Made by a program: the position numbers and the translations under genes. Source: Alphaproteobacteria bacterium (GTDB lineage Bacteria > Pseudomonadota > Alphaproteobacteria > UBA2966). Taken from it: DNA of 64,000 nucleotides. How positions within the stretch are numbered: position 1 is the first letter of the stretch; each line of letters starts with the position of its first letter. Below, piece after piece: positions 30,213 to 44,428 of the stretch. The notes beneath the pieces are model-generated. The model searched no databases. It had not been told where the DNA came from and saw only the letters and a list, made by a program, of their open reading frames with translations. The DNA is taken from the NCBI GenBank assembly GCA_964291395.2, contig OZ219857.1:132218-196217 (forward strand), given 5' to 3'.

Positions 30213-30869
30213 ATGACGGATATCACGCGATGGTGGTGGGTGCGACACGCACCCGTCGTTGGATTTGACGGTCGCTTCTACGGCGGCGCGGACGTGGACT
30301 GTGATGTATCCGACATGGTTTCCTTCGAGAACCTGGCGGCCTGGCTTCCCATGGATGCCGTTTGGCTGACCTCCCATCTGAAGCGCTCGCGTGAAACCGC
30401 AGATGCCCTGGTTCAAGCTGGTTTGGCCCCCTTGGAACGCCTGGAAGAGCCGGATATCGGGGAACAACGGTACGGCGATTGGGAGGGCATCGCCTATGCG
30501 GAATTGGCCGAACGCCAACTCGAGGCCGCCAATGGGGGGCCTTGGCACAAGTTCTGGCTGGCGCCCGCCGATCACCGGGCGCCCGGCGGCGGGGAGAGTT
30601 TCATCGACGTGATCGATCGCGTCTCCGGGGTCATGCACCGCATCACCGAAACCTATCCGGGATGCGACATCGTGGCCGTCAGCCATGGTGGCACGATCCG
30701 TGCCGCACTCGCCCACACCTTGGAAATCGATCCGGACAAGGCGCTTTGCATCTCCATCGAGAACCTGTCGACGACGCGCATGGACCACATCGGAGGTCCC
30801 GGGATCGGCGGCGATTGGCGTGTGGTTTTCGTTAATGTTCGGCCCAAACGCCCAACGGATGGACTTTAG
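30213..30869 (+). CDS. Histidine phosphatase family protein (CobC-like)
   Basis: VRHAP, E..YGDWEG, GGES, VSHGG. Confidence 0.85.
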   Translation: MTDITRWWWVRHAPVVGFDGRFYGGADVDCDVSDMVSFENLAAWLPMDAVWLTSHLKRSRETADALVQAGLAPLERLEEPDIGEQRYGDWEGIAYAELAERQLEAANGGPWHKFWLAPADHRAPGGGESFIDVIDRVSGVMHRITETYPGCDIVAVSHGGTIRAALAHTLEIDPDKALCISIENLSTTRMDHIGGPGIGGDWRVVFVNVRPKRPTDGL

Positions 30870-30878
30870 GAAATCATC

Positions 30879-31550
30879 ATGACGCGAACTCTGTTATTCC
30901 TCGGCATCCTGGTGCTCACCATACCGGCGGTGGCGAACCCACTTCGCGCTGCCGAACAGCAAGACCTCGTGGACAAAGCTCGGATCACTGTGGAGTCGTT
31001 TGCCCGCGACCCGGATATGGCTCCCATGCGGTCTCTTCTCAAACGGGCGCGCGGCGTGCTGATCGTCCCTCAATGGCTGAAAGCCGGGTTCATCATCGGC
31101 GGGGCCGGCGGCTCGGGCGTGTTGCTCGCAAGGAACCGCGATTGGTCGGGACCCGCGTTCGTGGACATGGCCGCGGGCAGCGTCGGTCTGCAAATTGGGG
31201 CGCAGGCGGCGGAAGTCATCCTCCTGTTGATGACGGAACGCGCGGTCGATGCGATGCTGCACAACAAGGTCAAGATCGGCGCCGACTTATCTGCCGCGGC
31301 CGGTCCCGTGGGCAAGGGCATCGAGGCTGCAACCACGACGAACCTGCGGGACGACGTGTATGCCTACTCGCGGGCCAAGGGCCTGTTCGTGGGCCTCTCC
31401 CTAGAGGGGGCCGCGATCAAGACCAAGGCCAAATGGAATAGCGCCTACTACGGGGAATCGGTCACGGTACGACAGATCGTGCTCGAACGCGTGGTCACCG
31501 GAGAGAATGCCGATTCGCTGAAGGAGGCGTTGATGGCGGCGGCGCGCTGA
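30879..31550 (+). CDS. Secreted SYLF/Ysc84 lipid-binding domain protein
   Basis: Signal peptide, KAGFIIGGAGGSG, GSVGLQIG, YSRAKGLFVGLSLEG. Confidence 0.85.
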   Translation: MTRTLLFLGILVLTIPAVANPLRAAEQQDLVDKARITVESFARDPDMAPMRSLLKRARGVLIVPQWLKAGFIIGGAGGSGVLLARNRDWSGPAFVDMAAGSVGLQIGAQAAEVILLLMTERAVDAMLHNKVKIGADLSAAAGPVGKGIEAATTTNLRDDVYAYSRAKGLFVGLSLEGAAIKTKAKWNSAYYGESVTVRQIVLERVVTGENADSLKEALMAAAR

Positions 31551-31651
31551 GACGCGTCGCCATCTGGCCGAGGTTTGCCAAACGGGCGGACACGGCCAAG
31601 AATCAAGCCTATATTTAAGGGACGGGAATTGCCGAGCCCCCGAAAGGAAGC

Positions 31652-32272
31652 TTGTTGCTCGATTCCGCATTCAGGCGAACACTCGTACTTGTTTGCGCCG
31701 GTGCCGCCACCGTCCTGGTGGTATTGGCCGGGTGGTATTGGGCGGAGAACAACGGCATGCTCGGGGGGCCTAAGACAACGGGCCGGACGTTGATCGGTGG
31801 TCCCTTCACGCTCACGGACCATGAGGGAAACACCGTAACCGAAGCAGACTTCCTCGGACGCCATACGCTCGTCTACTTCGGCTACACTTTCTGCCCCGAC
31901 GTCTGCCCGATGGAACTACAGTCCATCACGGAGGCGCTGGAGCGGCTGGGGCCGAAGGCGGACGACGTCGTGCCGCTGTTCATCACCGTGAACCCGGAGC
32001 GTGACACGGTGGCGGTGATGGCGGATTACGCCCAGAACTTTCATCCGAACCTGCGGGCCCTCACGGGAACGCCAGAGGAGATACGTGCCACGACACGCGC
32101 TTACAGGGTCTATTTCAAGAAGGCCGACGGTCCGGAGGAAGGCGATGACTATCTCATGGATCATACGTCGCTGATCTACTTCATGGGGCCCGACGGCAGC
32201 TACGTCACACACTTCACGTTCGGCACGTCCCCGGACGAGATCGCCATACGGCTTTCGGAACTTTTGAGTTGA
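31652..32272 (+). CDS. SCO1/SenC copper chaperone (start uncertain)
   Basis: N-terminal [24 protein letters not shown]. Confidence 0.92.
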   Translation: MLLDSAFRRTLVLVCAGAATVLVVLAGWYWAENNGMLGGPKTTGRTLIGGPFTLTDHEGNTVTEADFLGRHTLVYFGYTFCPDVCPMELQSITEALERLGPKADDVVPLFITVNPERDTVAVMADYAQNFHPNLRALTGTPEEIRATTRAYRVYFKKADGPEEGDDYLMDHTSLIYFMGPDGSYVTHFTFGTSPDEIAIRLSELLS

Positions 32273-32282
32273 AAGGTGCGCT

Positions 32283-32753
32283 GTGACCAGAACCGACGAT
32301 CCAGCGGTGGAGGCGAACGCGGAACTCCCGTTCTGGCGACGGAAACCACTTGGCGAAATGTCTAGCGAAGAGTGGGAATCGCTATGCGATGGCTGCGGCA
32401 AATGCTGCCTCAACAAGCTGGAATGGGCGGACACGGGAGAGGTGGAGTACACGGACGTGGCCTGCCGTCTGCTCGATCTCCAGACATGCCGCTGCCGGGA
32501 CTACGCCAATCGGACCAGGCGCGTTCCCGACTGCCTGGTGTTGTCGCCGAAGGTGGTTGGCGCGCTCACGTGGTTGCCGTCTTCCTGTGCGTACCGGCTG
32601 ATCTCGGAGGGGCGTGATCTCCACTGGTGGCACCCGTTGATCTCGGGTGACCCCGAAACCGTTCATCTCGCTGGCATTTCGGTCCGGGACAAGGCAATCT
32701 CCGAGGATGAACCGTACGATCTCGATGCCCGGACCGTCACTTGGCCGGAATAG
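32283..32753 (+). CDS. YcgN/UPF0260 cysteine-cluster protein
   Basis: [16 protein letters not shown]...[17 protein letters not shown]. Confidence 0.9.
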   Translation: MTRTDDPAVEANAELPFWRRKPLGEMSSEEWESLCDGCGKCCLNKLEWADTGEVEYTDVACRLLDLQTCRCRDYANRTRRVPDCLVLSPKVVGALTWLPSSCAYRLISEGRDLHWWHPLISGDPETVHLAGISVRDKAISEDEPYDLDARTVTWPE

Positions 32754-32810
32754 AGGTCTCGTGAGGTCGCGCGCGGTAGTGGCGCGACGGACTCAGCCAG
32801 TAAGTAAAGT

Positions 32811-33743
32811 GTGACGACGATGACCGGTTCCAATATCACGCGGGGTGTCCTTGCCGCCGCATTGACACCCCTTACGCCAAACCTAGCACCCGACCTGCCA
32901 TCCATGATTTCGCATTTTCAGTGGCTGCTCGACCGTGGATGCGACGGTCTGGGCGTGTTGGGAACCACGGGCGAGGCCAACTCATTCAGTGTCGCGGAAC
33001 GCCTCGCGATCATCGATGCGTTGGGACAAAGCGGCTTGCCGAAAGACCAGTTGATGATCGGGACCGGGACATGCGCCGAGCCGGATACGTTGGAGCTCAC
33101 GCATGCCGCCCTCGCCGCGGGCATCAGGTCCGTGCTGATGCTACCGCCGTTTTACTACAAGGGCATTACCGATCAGGGTCTGGCCGCGGCGTTCGCGCGG
33201 GTGATCGATCGCGTGGGAGACGGCGACCTGCGCGTGATTCTGTATCATTTTCCCAAGATGACCGGCGTGCCGATCACCCAGGGCGCCATCGAACTCCTGC
33301 GTCGGGACTATCCGGACATCGTCGTCGGTCTCAAGGACAGCTCCGGTGACCTCGGCAATATGACGTCTTTGCTGGAGTCCTTCCCTGGTTTCGGCGTTTA
33401 CGCGGGAACAGAGCGATACCTGCTGCCGGTCTTGCAGGCCGGCGGACCCGGCTGCATCTCGGCGACAGCCAATGTGACCAGCTTGATGGCTTCCGATGTA
33501 TTCCGCGCCCACGAAGAGTCCGACAACGACGCGGGGGACCTGCAAGAGCGACTCACGGCGGTGCGGAAGGTGTTCGACGGCCTTCCGCTCGTCGCTGCCC
33601 TCAAGGAAGCGATGACGACGATCACGGGCCGGCGAGGCTGGCAGGCCATTCGCCCGCCACTGACGTTGCTCGCCCCTGCTCAGAAGCGAGAACTCCAAGA
33701 GTCCCTGCATGCCGAAGGGTTCAACCTCAAGGCCGCGGCCTGA
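32811..33743 (+). CDS. Dihydrodipicolinate synthase-family lyase/aldolase
   Basis: LGTTGE, PPFYYK, LYHFP, GLKDSSG Schiff-base Lys. Confidence 0.88.
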   Translation: MTTMTGSNITRGVLAAALTPLTPNLAPDLPSMISHFQWLLDRGCDGLGVLGTTGEANSFSVAERLAIIDALGQSGLPKDQLMIGTGTCAEPDTLELTHAALAAGIRSVLMLPPFYYKGITDQGLAAAFARVIDRVGDGDLRVILYHFPKMTGVPITQGAIELLRRDYPDIVVGLKDSSGDLGNMTSLLESFPGFGVYAGTERYLLPVLQAGGPGCISATANVTSLMASDVFRAHEESDNDAGDLQERLTAVRKVFDGLPLVAALKEAMTTITGRRGWQAIRPPLTLLAPAQKRELQESLHAEGFNLKAAA

Positions 33744-33775
33744 GGGTTGGTTCCCCAAGACGCGCCCATGGGATC

Positions 33776-34477
33776 ATGAGTCGTGGCGCTCAACTCAACG
33801 TCGATGGCACCGTCATCGATCTGGACGTTCGCCGAAGTTCACGAGCACACCGAATTCTGCTGAAAGTCGACCCGAGGTTGGGAGCTCAACTCATCATCCC
33901 GCGAGGTGTCTCCCAACGAGAGGCTCTGGCCTTCGCTGCCGAGAAAGCGGTATGGCTGCGGGATCGGCTGGCCCGTCTGCCGCCTCGGATACCGTTCCGT
34001 GACGGCGCGATCGTTCCGGTTCTCGGGCAATCACACCGTATTCGACAGACCGCCGCGACCGATCTCTTCCAGACCGAGGTACGGCGAGAGGCCGGCGAAC
34101 TGCTCGCCGCCTGTCATCCGGACGACGTATCGGTCCGCGTGGGGGAGTGGTTTCGTGACAATGCTTATGACATCCTCGCGCGCCGGGCCACGGCGGCAGC
34201 GGACCGCATCGGCGCCGAGGTCACCCGTGTCAGCGTACGGGATCCGCGTACCCGATGGGGGAGCTGTTCGGAATCCGGCACGCTGTCGTTTTCCTGGCGT
34301 CTATTCATGGCGCCCGAATGGGTCATGGACTACGTGGTCGCCCACGAGGTCGCCCATCTCCGCGAGATGAACCACGGTCAGGCGTTCTGGCACCTGGTCG
34401 GACACTTGGTTGATCGAATCGACGACGCCCGATCCTGGCTTCATCGATCCGGACCCCACCTCCATCGCTACGGTTAG
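33776..34477 (+). CDS. YgjP/SprT-like zinc metallohydrolase
   Basis: RWGSCS, DYVVAHEVAHL..MNH..AFW. Confidence 0.87.
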   Translation: MSRGAQLNVDGTVIDLDVRRSSRAHRILLKVDPRLGAQLIIPRGVSQREALAFAAEKAVWLRDRLARLPPRIPFRDGAIVPVLGQSHRIRQTAATDLFQTEVRREAGELLAACHPDDVSVRVGEWFRDNAYDILARRATAAADRIGAEVTRVSVRDPRTRWGSCSESGTLSFSWRLFMAPEWVMDYVVAHEVAHLREMNHGQAFWHLVGHLVDRIDDARSWLHRSGPHLHRYG

Positions 34478-34544
34478 CACCATCGCTTGGCGTCGTATCG
34501 GGTTCGGCCGATTCCGCCGCCCTCACGGTTTGCAACCCTTGACT

Positions 34545-35744
34545 ATGCGCCCTGCCTCGCCTGCGTTTCTGGTACTCCTCGCGATGCTGGTGGCGATCGG
34601 ACCGCTCTCGACGGATCTCTACCTCCCGTCCTTGCCGTTGCTGGTCGAGGAATTCGAGGCGACGACCTCGGAGGTTCAGCTGACCCTGAGCGTATTCCTG
34701 TTCGGTTTCGCCGTCTCCCAGCTGATCTACGGTCCCCTCTCGGATCGATTCGGGCGAAAGCCCGTGTTGATCGCCGGCCTCTGGATTTTCGTGATCGCCA
34801 GCGCCACATGCGCCGTGGCGACGACCATCGAGTTGCTCATCGCCCTGAGGCTGCTGCAAGCCATCGGGGCGTGCAGCGCGGGCGTTGTATCTCGCGCGAT
34901 CGTGCGCGATCTCTTCGAACGACGGCAGGCTGCGCGCATACTGGCGTATTCCGGCGCGCTGATGGGACTGGCACCCGCGGTCGCGCCGCTCGCCGGTGCC
35001 TACATCCTGGTCTGGATCGGTTGGGAAGCGAATTTTTTCGCTGTCGCCCTGTGGGGTGCCGCGTTGATCGTGATCGTTTCGGTATCGCTCGCCGAGTCGA
35101 ATGCCACGCCCGATCCGCTCGCCCTGACGCCCACTCGATTGTTCGGCAATCTCCACCGCCTGTTCAAAAATCGGGTTTATCTGGGTTACGCGCTCACCAA
35201 CAGCGCCGCTTTTTCGGGATTGTTCGCCTTCATATCTGGCTCATCATTCGTCCTGATTGACGTTCTGGACATTCCGCCGGTCGAATTCGGCTACTACTTC
35301 GCCCTGGGCGTGTTCGGCTACATGCTCGGTGCCGTGGTTTCCGGACGGCTGGGCGGACGCGTCAACGTGGACAGGCTGATGCGTACGGCAGCAATCCTGA
35401 TGGCGCTATCGGGCAGCACGATGGCTGTGATGGCTTTGATCGGACTCGAGAACGTGTGGGTCATGGTCGTACCGATGATCTTCTACATGGCCGGCTTCGG
35501 CACGATCATGCCCCAGTCCACCGCCAGCGCCCTCATCCCGTTTCCGGATATCGCGGGACTTGCCTCGTCAACGTTGGGGTTCTTGCAAATGACCGTGGGC
35601 TCCCTAGTGGGTGTCGCAGTGGGAATTTTCCATGACGGCACACCGATGCCTCTCGCCCTGATCATCGGGGGAACGGGTCTCGCGACCCTTGCAGCACATA
35701 TTCGCGTTGGACGTCTGGTGGCTCAGGAACGGGCGGAGTCCTAG
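34545..35744 (+). CDS. Bcr/CflA-family MFS efflux transporter
   Basis: DLYLPSLP, GPLSDRFGRKP, about 12 TM segments. Confidence 0.9.
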   Translation: MRPASPAFLVLLAMLVAIGPLSTDLYLPSLPLLVEEFEATTSEVQLTLSVFLFGFAVSQLIYGPLSDRFGRKPVLIAGLWIFVIASATCAVATTIELLIALRLLQAIGACSAGVVSRAIVRDLFERRQAARILAYSGALMGLAPAVAPLAGAYILVWIGWEANFFAVALWGAALIVIVSVSLAESNATPDPLALTPTRLFGNLHRLFKNRVYLGYALTNSAAFSGLFAFISGSSFVLIDVLDIPPVEFGYYFALGVFGYMLGAVVSGRLGGRVNVDRLMRTAAILMALSGSTMAVMALIGLENVWVMVVPMIFYMAGFGTIMPQSTASALIPFPDIAGLASSTLGFLQMTVGSLVGVAVGIFHDGTPMPLALIIGGTGLATLAAHIRVGRLVAQERAES

Positions 35745-35780
35745 AATCTTGAGCCCAAGCTACGGTTTCGCGTGTTCGGC

Positions 35781-39459
<3,679 letters not shown>

Positions 39460-39472
39460 CGCCAGGCGCGCC

Positions 39473-40597
39473 TCACACTCTCATGGGCATCAGGACGTAC
39501 AGGGCATCGGCATTGCCGCCATCTCGAATCAAGGTAGGCGATACCGCGTCGGCGAGGACGAACTGTGCCGTATCGCCGTCAATCTGGGAGGCGATATCCA
39601 ATAGGTATCGGGAGTTGAATCCGATTTCCATGTTGTCTGAGCTGTACTCGACGGCGATTTCCTCGGAAGCGCTGGCATTGTCGGGGCTGCTGGCGGCGAT
39701 TGTCGCCTTTCCTCCCTCCAGGGACATCTTCACGGCCCGGGATTTCTCGGTAGATACCGTGGAAACGCGATCAATCGTTTCGGCAAACACCTTGGCGTCG
39801 ACCTCCATGACCTTGTCGTTTCCGTCGGGAATGACTCGCTGGTAGTCAGGAAAGGTACCGTCGATCAACTTGGAGGTCAGAATGGACTCGCCGACTTGAA
39901 AGCGAATCTTCGAGTCGGAAAGGGAGATCCCGATATCGAGTCCGCCTTCGTCGATGAGCTTCCTGACCTCTGCAACCGCCTTTCGCGGCACGATGACCCC
40001 GGGGATGTCAGAAGCACCCTCGGGCAGCGGCGCGTTGACCTGAGCCAGCCGATGGCCGTCGGTAGCCACGGCCCGCAATACCAGTCGACCGTCAACTTCG
40101 GCCTTATGCAGATAGATGCCGTTGAGATAGTACCTAGTCTCTTCCGTCGAAACGGCGAAGCGCGTTTTGTCGATGACGTCTATGAGCAGGTCGGCCGGCA
40201 GGCTGAAACTGTGAGGGAGCTCCCCTTCCGCGATAACCGGAAAATCCTCCTTCGGTAGGCACGGAAGCATGAAGGACGACCGTCCCGCCACAAGCGACAC
40301 CCGGGACTCGCCCGCCTCCTCGCCAAACACCAACTCGATCTGGGCACCCTCCGGCAGCTTTCGGACGATATCGTACAAGGTATGCGCGGGCGTCGTCGTC
40401 GACCCCGGGGTCGCGATGTCTGCCTCGGCCTGGTCGACGATCGCGAGATCAAGATCAGTCGCCGTCAGTCGTAGTTGCCCCCCGTCCGCGTCCACCAGAA
40501 CGTTAGACAAGATGGGAATGGTGTTACGTTTCTCAACGACGCTCTGCGTATGCGTCAACGCGGTCAGCAAAGCAGCGCGTTCAATGGTCAATTTCAT
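39473..40597 (-). CDS. dnaN: DNA polymerase III beta sliding clamp
   Basis: VEKRNTIPILSN, ATDGHRL, KLIDGTFPDY, VLMPMRV. Confidence 0.98.
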   Translation of the reverse strand: MKLTIERAALLTALTHTQSVVEKRNTIPILSNVLVDADGGQLRLTATDLDLAIVDQAEADIATPGSTTTPAHTLYDIVRKLPEGAQIELVFGEEAGESRVSLVAGRSSFMLPCLPKEDFPVIAEGELPHSFSLPADLLIDVIDKTRFAVSTEETRYYLNGIYLHKAEVDGRLVLRAVATDGHRLAQVNAPLPEGASDIPGVIVPRKAVAEVRKLIDEGGLDIGISLSDSKIRFQVGESILTSKLIDGTFPDYQRVIPDGNDKVMEVDAKVFAETIDRVSTVSTEKSRAVKMSLEGGKATIAASSPDNASASEEIAVEYSSDNMEIGFNSRYLLDIASQIDGDTAQFVLADAVSPTLIRDGGNADALYVLMPMRV

Positions 40598-40894
40598 GTC
40601 TTATGCGGGTCCAAATGGTGCTCGAATTGGGAAAGATTCCCTAGCCCCGGCACGCGTCGATGCAGGTCGTCATCGAAGATCGTGGACGGTGTGACATTGT
40701 AGCAGAATCCGCTTGATTCCGCACGATTCTTCGGAGGAATCCAGAGGATGAGGAAACTTCCCAACAAGCGTACCAAAACTGCGGTCTGCGGGGAAAATTC
40801 GGGTGATCCGATGATCCAATCCGTTATTCGGCCGGGATCGCTGAACTTTTAGCTACAGCGCGGTTGAATCCGGGATGGATCGGGAACGGAGCGG

Positions 40895-42294
40895 CTACGC
40901 CTCGAGCATGCGGCGGAGGAGATCGATATCTTCGGACAGCGCGCTATCGCTCTGCTTCAACTCGTCAATCTTGCGGACCGCGTGCATGACCGTCGTGTGG
41001 TCGCGCCCGCCGAATTTTCGACCGATCTCGGGGAGAGACCGCGACGTCAGCTGCTTCGCCAGATACATGGCGACCTGACGGGGCCGCGCGACGGCGCGGG
41101 CACGCCGCGCCGAGTACATATCGGCAAGACGGATGTTGAAGTGCTCGGCCACCCGCTTTTGAATGTCTTCGATCGTCACGCGCCGATCGTTGGCACGCAG
41201 AAGATCGCGCAACACATCCTGCGTCGTCTCGAGGGTGATCGGACGTCCCACCAGATTGGAATAAGCCAACACGCGATTGAGTGCGCCCTCCAGTTCCCGC
41301 ACGTTGGACGTGATGCGATGCGCCAAAAACTCAAGGACCCTGATCGGTACGTCCTTGGCGCCCGCGTGCTCCGCCTTGCTCTGCAATATGCCGAGCCGCA
41401 ACTCATAGTCTGTGGCATGGATGTCGGCAACGAGCCCCCAACCCAATCGAGACCTCATGCGTTCTTCGATGCCGTCCAGGTCTGACGGCGACCGGTCCCC
41501 AGAAATCACGATCTGACGGTTCTGATCGACCAGCGCGTTGAACGTATGAAAGAACTCCTCCTGCGTGGTGTCCTTTCCCGCGATGAACTGGACATCGTCA
41601 ATCATCAGAACATCCACGGACCGGAACTGCTGTTTGAATGCCATGACGTTCTTGAAACGCAGCGCGCGGACAAACTGATACATGAACTTTTCGGCCGAGA
41701 GATAAACGACCTTCCGGTCCGGGAACATGCCGCGGATGTGCCACGCGATGGAGTGCATCAAGTGTGTCTTGCCGAGACCGACGCCGCCGTAGAGAAACAG
41801 GGATTGAAAGGCACGGTCGCAGCGTTGCCGACTCTTTGCGCAGCGGCGAATGCCAGTTCATTCGGTCTACCCACGACGAAATTTTCGAAGGTGAATCGCG
41901 GATCGAGAGGCGCGCCGATATCGAACTCCCGCTCGCCGTGCCGCCCGTCACCCGCCTGATCATTCCGTTCGCTCGACCTGCCGACCTCTTCAGAACCGTC
42001 GGCAGACCGCGCCGATGGTTTCGCCGGCGGATTGACCAGCACGTTGACGGTATGCGCCGATGGATTCTCGTCGCTCCACAACGAACGCAGTCGATCCGAG
42101 TAATGAGACACGACCCAATCCCGCATGAAGCGGGTCGGCACGGCGAGGACAACCTCGCCGTCCCGCATCCGCAGCAGCGACAGCGGCTTCAGCCAGCTGT
42201 TGAATGCGGCCTCACCAACTTCCGACTTCAGCCGGGCACGTACACGGCTCCATTGACTCTCGAATTCCTGAGACATTTCAGAGGGGTTGTTCAT
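40895..42294 (-). CDS. dnaA: Chromosomal replication initiator DnaA, split by a 1-nt frameshift near 41800-41802
   Basis: N-terminal ORF ([16 protein letters not shown]) joins the C-terminal ORF ([23 protein letters not shown]); adding one C restores [17 protein letters not shown]. Confidence 0.95.
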
Positions 42295-42298
42295 CGAC

Positions 42299-42745
42299 CT
42301 AGCTCTGTATCCAGGGAAGGCCTGCGGCCTTCCAGCCGCCAGTGGTACCGCGATGTTGACTCGCATCCTTGTCGCCCTCGAAACCTTCCGCCACGTTGTA
42401 ACAGCGGGAGAATCCCTCGGCGGTCATGGCCAAAGCCGCGGCACGCGACCGCGCTCCGCTTCGGCATAAGAAGAGGTTAGCGGCGTCGAGCGAAAGCCCT
42501 GCGTGGCATAGCGTTTCAATGAATTCAGCGTTGATCGCCATGTCGGGAAAGCGCTGCCAAGAAACCAGCAAGGGTTGCTTTCCAAGCCCTGTAAGATCGG
42601 GAACACCCACGAATGACCACTCGGCGTCTGTCCGAACGTCAATCAGCGTAGCGTCCGGCTCATCCCTGAGGACGGCCCAAGCCTCCTCGACCGGGATATC
42701 ACCGGCAAAGGTTGCTCCGTGCGGCTGCCCCCCTGCCTCCTGCAT
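42299..42745 (-). CDS. Single-domain rhodanese-like protein
   Basis: LIDVRT.AEW..VG.P, active-site loop CRSGARS, GFEG, GWKAAGLPW; GGAGG SD; stop 4 nt before the dnaA ATG. Confidence 0.9.
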   Translation of the reverse strand: MQEAGGQPHGATFAGDIPVEEAWAVLRDEPDATLIDVRTDAEWSFVGVPDLTGLGKQPLLVSWQRFPDMAINAEFIETLCHAGLSLDAANLFLCRSGARSRAAALAMTAEGFSRCYNVAEGFEGDKDASQHRGTTGGWKAAGLPWIQS

Positions 42746-43260
42746 CAATCCAACACCTCCAAACATCCAATGCAGACTCTGAAAAACGAACAATCGTGTA
42801 GTACCCGCGTCAACTGCGAGCCCCGAGCCCAAATCTCAACGCCGAGCCGAATACTTTATTTGTTTTGATGAACACCTGAAATACATGTCAGGCACACCTC
42901 ATTACTCGGCCAATACGAAACATTGACCGCTCAGAACGGATGAATTTTTGCCGACGACTTACTAAGAGTGGCGTCCCCGTCCGACCCTGAGAGTAATTCC
43001 ATTGAAAGAGGGAGGCAATAGCGGCGCACCGCCTCGATCAAAAAAATGCATCCACGTCGGTCCCAGTTTGTCCTCCGCTACCATATCTAGGCGTGGTCCC
43101 CCGGATGCGACGAGGATACTTCCGTAGCCGATGTCAAAGCGCACGCTGCCGGTCGCAGGAGCCTGCCCGGAGGCGAATTCGTCGGCTCGCGCCTAGAATC
43201 AAAAACGCCCCGCGAGGGGACGCGAAATTAGTGCGGTGAGGAGATGGACCGTCGAAGCGC

Positions 43261-43527
43261 TCAGGCGTTCATCGCCTTCACACGTGCGGACAATCGGGAA
43301 ATCTTCCGGGAGCCCGTATTCTTCTTGATGATTCCCGCCTTCACGCCGCGCATGACTTCCGGCTCCGCAGCCCGCAGCGCCGCCCGAGCGGCCTCTTGAT
43401 CGCCCCCTGAAATGGCTTCCTCGACCTTTCGCAAATGAGTACGCACGCGGCTGCGGCGAGCCATGTTGATCGCCTGACGGCGACCGTTTCTGCGGATGCG
43501 CTTCCTGGCCGACTTATGATGCGCCAT
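43261..43527 (-). CDS. rpsT: 30S ribosomal protein S20
   Basis: [12 protein letters not shown]...[11 protein letters not shown]; GAGGAGG SD. Confidence 0.97.
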   Translation of the reverse strand: MAHHKSARKRIRRNGRRQAINMARRSRVRTHLRKVEEAISGGDQEAARAALRAAEPEVMRGVKAGIIKKNTGSRKISRLSARVKAMNA

Positions 43528-43564
43528 CGTGCCTCCTCATGGCCTCTTGCGGACCGGAACGCGG

Positions 43565-43593
43565 CTTATATCGCCAGGTGTTAACGAGGTCAA
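43565..43593 (-). promoter_or_regulatory. Sigma70-type promoter for rpsT
   Basis: Minus strand TTGACC-N17-TATAAG. Confidence 0.7.
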
Positions 43594-43617
43594 CCGTTCC
43601 AGACCCCGGGCGAATTT

Positions 43618-44394
43618 CTATCTCTGTTTGAATTCAGGTTTACGCTTTTCGACGAAGGCCATCATCCCCTCCTTTTGATCGTCGGTGGCGAATGCCGAAT
43701 GAAACAGCCGCCGCTCAAATCGAATTCCCTCGGCCAGAGTGGTCTCAAAGGCGCGACCCACCGACTCCTTTGCCATCATGACACTAGGCAACGAGTAGGC
43801 GGCAATCTCATCGGCAACTTTCAAGGCCTCTTCCAACAGGGTTTCGGTCGGCACGATTCGGCTAACAAGGCCCGCGCGCTCAGCTTCCTCTGCATCCATC
43901 ATGCGTCCGGTCAATACCAGATCCATTGCCTTCACCTTGCCGACGGCTTTCGGCAGACGTTGAGTCCCTCCGGAACCCGGCAGGATCCCAAGCTTTATTT
44001 CCGGTTGTCCGAATTTCGCGTTATCCGCCGCGACGAGAATGTCGCACATCATTGCCAGTTCGCACCCGCCCCCTAGGGCAAATCCCGCGACGGCCGCGAT
44101 AGTCGGTTTGCGGCACCGAGACACCCTCTCCCAATCGCGGGTGACGAAGTCTTCCTTGTAGACATCCATGTATGACTTTGACTGCATTTCCTTGATGTCG
44201 GCCCCAGCCGCGAAGGCTTTCTCGTTGCCAGTGATGACGATGACATGGATCGTGGGGTCGTCCTCGAACGACTCCACCGCTTGAGAAAGTTCCTTCATCA
44301 GCGGCGTACTCAACGCGTTCAGGGCGTCCGGCCGATTGAGTGTGATCACACCCACGGACTCGCGGGCCTCAACGAGAATGTTCTCGAATGTCAT
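43618..44394 (-). CDS. Enoyl-CoA hydratase
   Basis: [26 protein letters not shown]. Confidence 0.92.
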   Translation of the reverse strand: MTFENILVEARESVGVITLNRPDALNALSTPLMKELSQAVESFEDDPTIHVIVITGNEKAFAAGADIKEMQSKSYMDVYKEDFVTRDWERVSRCRKPTIAAVAGFALGGGCELAMMCDILVAADNAKFGQPEIKLGILPGSGGTQRLPKAVGKVKAMDLVLTGRMMDAEEAERAGLVSRIVPTETLLEEALKVADEIAAYSLPSVMMAKESVGRAFETTLAEGIRFERRLFHSAFATDDQKEGMMAFVEKRKPEFKQR

Positions 44395-44428
44395 GATGCA
44401 GCCTTCCTGTTCGGTCACGTCCAACCCG

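Noticed and set aside
41790-41812. Programmed -1 frameshift in dnaA
   Set aside because: There is no canonical X XXY YYZ slippery heptamer, and a homopolymer deletion is the simpler explanation.
42746-43260. oriC between rpsT and dnaA
   Set aside because: AT-rich, but I saw no consensus DnaA boxes; many alphaproteobacterial origins are unlinked to dnaA.
43581-43595. CtrA box upstream of rpsT
   Set aside because: Only one TTAAC half-site, and the sequence is explained by a sigma70 promoter.
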